From contig NC_002677.1 of the NCBI RefSeq assembly GCF_000195855.1, positions 3,236,204 through 3,268,203 on the forward strand: a DNA stretch of 32,000 nucleotides, given 5' to 3'. The position numbers were made by a program, and so were the translations under genes. This document shows positions 29,442 to 32,000 of this stretch, piece by piece. Position 1 is the first letter of the stretch, and each line of letters opens with the position of its first letter. The notes beneath the pieces were generated by a model. It made no database searches and had not been told where the DNA came from. It was given only the letters and a program-made list of their open reading frames with translations. This stretch comes from Mycobacterium leprae TN. GTDB taxonomy: Bacteria; Actinomycetota; Actinomycetes; Mycobacteriales; Mycobacteriaceae.

Positions 29442-30584
29442 TCAGCGCTTACGTCTCTTTGTCCGCTGTCCAGAACGCCGAGTATGAGAGGTTGGATTGT
29501 TGTTATAGCCGACGCAATCCGGCTTATCCGCCGGAGTGGTAGCTGTTTTCGTTTCAGTCACCCAGTCAATAGAGTCCGCCTCCTGGGACCCCAACTTTGC
29601 GCCGTCGTCGGATATCATGGTATCTTTCGAAAAACCATTAACGCTTACCGGTGCCGTCGTAGAGACGTACTTTGGCTTAGAGCCTGGCGCAGGCGCGTTA
29701 GCCGTCCGACGTTCGATAGCTTTCTGCTTCTTAGCCTCGTCTTCTTTCTCGATCATAGAGAACACATAATGTTGTTGACCAAAAGTCCAGATATTGTTAG
29801 AAAACCAATACAAAATAATCGCCAACGGAAGAAACGGGCCACCGACAACTACACCAAAAGGAAACACATACAACGCAATTTTGTTCATCAACGCAGTCTG
29901 CGGATTTTCTGCTGCCTCCGCACTCTGCCGTGCTATTGAAGCGCGACTGTTGAAGTAAGTCGCAACACCAGCCAAAACCATCATTGGAATACCAACCAAA
30001 ATCACCGCTGGACGACTGAAATCAATGAACGCATCTAATCCGGAACGTTGCGTCATGTACGCACCAATTGGAGCACCCCACAGATTGGCATCAAGAAAAT
30101 GCCCCACGTCAACTGGGGTGAACACATAATTTCCTGTCATCCGGTTCTCGGTCACTGACATATGTGGCTGACCGAAACCTCCAGTTGTACGATTGAATGA
30201 CCGTAAAGCATGGTAAAGCCCCAAAAACACCGGTATCTGCGCAAGCATCGGCAAGCATCCTAAAATTGGGTTGAACCCGTGCTCGCGTTGCAATTTCTGC
30301 ATCTCGAGCGCCATGCGTTGACGATCTTTACCGTACTTTCTTTGCAGCGCTCTAATTCGTGGCTGCAACTCCTGCATCTGCCGAGTGGTACGGATCTGGC
30401 GCACGAACGGTTTGTAAAGCAACGCTCGCAAGGTGAACACCAAGAACATCACCGATAACGCCCATGCGAAAAAGTTTGATGGACCCAGCACAGCAGCAAA
30501 CAGCTTGTACCAAACCCACATAATCCACGACACCGGATAGTAGACGATGTCAAGACTGACAAAATCAAACGGCAACAGACTCAC
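29442..30584 (-). CDS. yidC: Membrane protein insertase YidC
   Basis: 380-aa ORF. It has the conserved 60-kDa insertase core ([52 protein letters not shown]), multiple TM segments and a basic C-terminal tail. Confidence 0.95.
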   Translation of the reverse strand: MSLLPFDFVSLDIVYYPVSWIMWVWYKLFAAVLGPSNFFAWALSVMFLVFTLRALLYKPFVRQIRTTRQMQELQPRIRALQRKYGKDRQRMALEMQKLQREHGFNPILGCLPMLAQIPVFLGLYHALRSFNRTTGGFGQPHMSVTENRMTGNYVFTPVDVGHFLDANLWGAPIGAYMTQRSGLDAFIDFSRPAVILVGIPMMVLAGVATYFNSRASIARQSAEAAENPQTALMNKIALYVFPFGVVVGGPFLPLAIILYWFSNNIWTFGQQHYVFSMIEKEDEAKKQKAIERRTANAPAPGSKPKYVSTTAPVSVNGFSKDTMISDDGAKLGSQEADSIDWVTETKTATTPADKPDCVGYNNNPTSHTRRSGQRTKRRKR

Positions 30585-30660
30585 CCTCTCCTAGCTTCGA
30601 TGGGCAACTCCAAGCAACGCTAGCGTCATTGAAACCGGCCCAGCAGTTCAGCAGTTCCTG

Positions 30661-30954
30661 TCAACGTTCCGGTATTGGATCCCACCCTCCCCGATGCCAC
30701 GGCCCACACTTAACTAATCTAACCGCTACTAACCAACTACCTTTGATCAAGCCATACTCGGTCAAAGCATCAATGGCGTATTGACTGCAGGTTGGAACAA
30801 AACGACATACCGCCGGTTGAAGCGGCGATATCATGTGCCGGTAAAGCTGGATCAGAAAAATCAGTTCACGCACCGCGGCCCTACTTGTGCCACGGATCCT
30901 ACAAATGCCGATACCAACCGAATCACCAATCCGTCTCTGCCAGATCAAGAGCAC
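30661..30954 (-). CDS. yidD: Membrane protein insertion efficiency factor YidD
   Basis: It has the YidD signature [58 protein letters not shown]. The start is GTG 30954, which overlaps the rnpA 3' end by 32 nt. An alternative GTG lies at 30873. Confidence 0.88.
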   Translation of the reverse strand: MLLIWQRRIGDSVGIGICRIRGTSRAAVRELIFLIQLYRHMISPLQPAVCRFVPTCSQYAIDALTEYGLIKGSWLVAVRLVKCGPWHRGGWDPIPER

Positions 30955-31285
30955 ATCTCAAACCATTTCGCAACTGCTGTGCTAACCATGCTGACGACAC
31001 ATTCCGACTACTCGGCAACGCACGGATCACCACCTGATCAGCTCCGCCCAATTCCCCCAACATGGTCCGAGCAACATGCCGCAATCGACGTGCCACTCGA
31101 TGACGTTCGACAGCAGAGCCCACCGTTTTAGCTATGATCAGCCCGACATGGGGAGCCTTCGTCTCATCCCTGTTACACCCACGCCAAACGTGAATGATAA
31201 CATCAGACTGCACTGCGCGCAGTCCAAACTTTACCGTCGCATCAAACTCGGATGACCGCCTCATGCGGTTACATGCGGAAAGCAC
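30923..31285 (-). CDS. rnpA: Ribonuclease P protein component
   Basis: 120 aa with a GTG start. The RNR motif region is NRMRRSSEF...[24 protein letters not shown]. It lies immediately downstream of rpmH, as in nearly all bacteria. Confidence 0.93.
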   Translation of the reverse strand: MLSACNRMRRSSEFDATVKFGLRAVQSDVIIHVWRGCNRDETKAPHVGLIIAKTVGSAVERHRVARRLRHVARTMLGELGGADQVVIRALPSSRNVSSAWLAQQLRNGLRCALDLAETDW

Positions 31286-31306
31286 CGCTAAAACCCATCG
31301 TTCAAA

Positions 31307-31450
31307 TCAAGCAGTCAATGTGCGGCGGCCCTTACGGCGCCGATCGGACACGATCGACCGGCCAGCACGCGTGCGCATCCGAAGCCGAAAGCCATGCACA
31401 CGGGCTCGGCGCCGGTTATTCGGCTGAAAAGTCCGCTTGCCCTTGGCCAC
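31307..31450 (-). CDS. rpmH: 50S ribosomal protein L34
   Basis: This is a sub-range of track ORF 31307-31624. GTG 31450 follows a GGAGA Shine-Dalgarno 5 nt upstream and gives (M)[46 protein letters not shown], the canonical 47-aa L34. Confidence 0.95.
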
Positions 31451-31951
31451 AACATTCTCCTCGGTATGTTCTGCATCGTTTCTAGCAATACCATCCGACC
31501 GTTCGCACTTCACAAGTACGTTCAATCGCGTTGGCCTTAACACGGTCCCTCTGCAACATAATCCTGGGTCGCAGCCACATCGCCGACTTTCAGACGACTG
31601 TTTGTCAGGGTACTGATGAGCCATCGGTGGGTCAAACCTGGCCCTACCACAACGGACCTGTTCAAACGTTTAGTAAACCATTCGTTATCGAAAAACCAGC
31701 ACGCAGAATCTCGGCCGCAACCCGAGCAAGCCTTCCAAGAACAAGTTTTGAATGAAACACCACGGTTGGCAGCCAGACAGAAAACTGTTAGCTTCGGGCA
31801 ATGCCGTTTTCAGATTGGAACGGCGGTCGACAACGAAGTAGGGATGGCCGATCAACTAGGTATCTAGACAACCTGCGCAGGTTATCTCCGGCACGGAGAC
31901 CACGAACCGACGGCGATAAACTACAGCCTGCCTATACATCATCTCGTCATC

Positions 31952-31983
31952 CTGTCCACACCTGTGTATAAGTATGTGGACAG
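31952..31983. promoter_or_regulatory. DnaA-box cluster: an inverted pair of CTGTCCACA flanking a TTATACACA-like box
   Basis: CTGTCCACA at 31952-31960 and its exact reverse complement TGTGGACAG at 31975-31983 each differ by one base from the mycobacterial consensus TTGTCCACA. TGTGTATAA at 31963-31971 is the reverse complement of TTATACACA, one base off the E. coli box TTATCCACA. The cluster lies in the rpmH-dnaA intergenic region. Confidence 0.7.
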
Positions 31984-32000
31984 TTACTTCGTCGTAAACC

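Overview
This window reads as the origin-proximal end of the Mycobacterium leprae chromosome and stops in the rpmH-dnaA intergenic region. The species call rests on three things. There is an RLEP dispersed-repeat copy at about 11330-12064 that contains the standard RLEP PCR target sequences. There is the fused thioredoxin reductase-thioredoxin gene. Pseudogene load is heavy. I count 21 apparently intact CDS. From left to right they are a partial Rv0051-like membrane protein, ponA1, an Rv0049-like protein, a PadR regulator, ino1, a MarR regulator, pcnA/cca, mutT4, an Rv3909-like protein, mviN/murJ, trxB-trxA, cwlM, an Rv3916c-like protein, parB, parA, gid/rsmG, jag, yidC, yidD, rnpA and rpmH. 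I also count 8 decayed genes: a remnant at the Rv0048c position, an Rv0045c-like esterase, an LLM oxidoreductase, a three-gene polar amino-acid ABC transporter, sigM and its anti-sigma factor. Regulatory sites I can support are two parS sites embedded in the 5' ends of gid and parA, and a DnaA-box cluster at the right edge. I saw no rRNA, tRNA, CRISPR array, transposase or phage genes. I found no convincing evidence for a new multi-gene system. The least textbook observations are three. First, several perfect palindromes and tandem duplications lie inside the pseudogenes and look like replication template-switch or slippage scars. Second, the RLEP copy sits exactly at a synteny inversion junction. 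Third, two uncharacterised proteins have been retained and are tightly coupled to cell-wall genes. All ortholog statements come from my memory of M. tuberculosis H37Rv proteins and gene order, not from a search. Pseudogene and RLEP boundaries are approximate.
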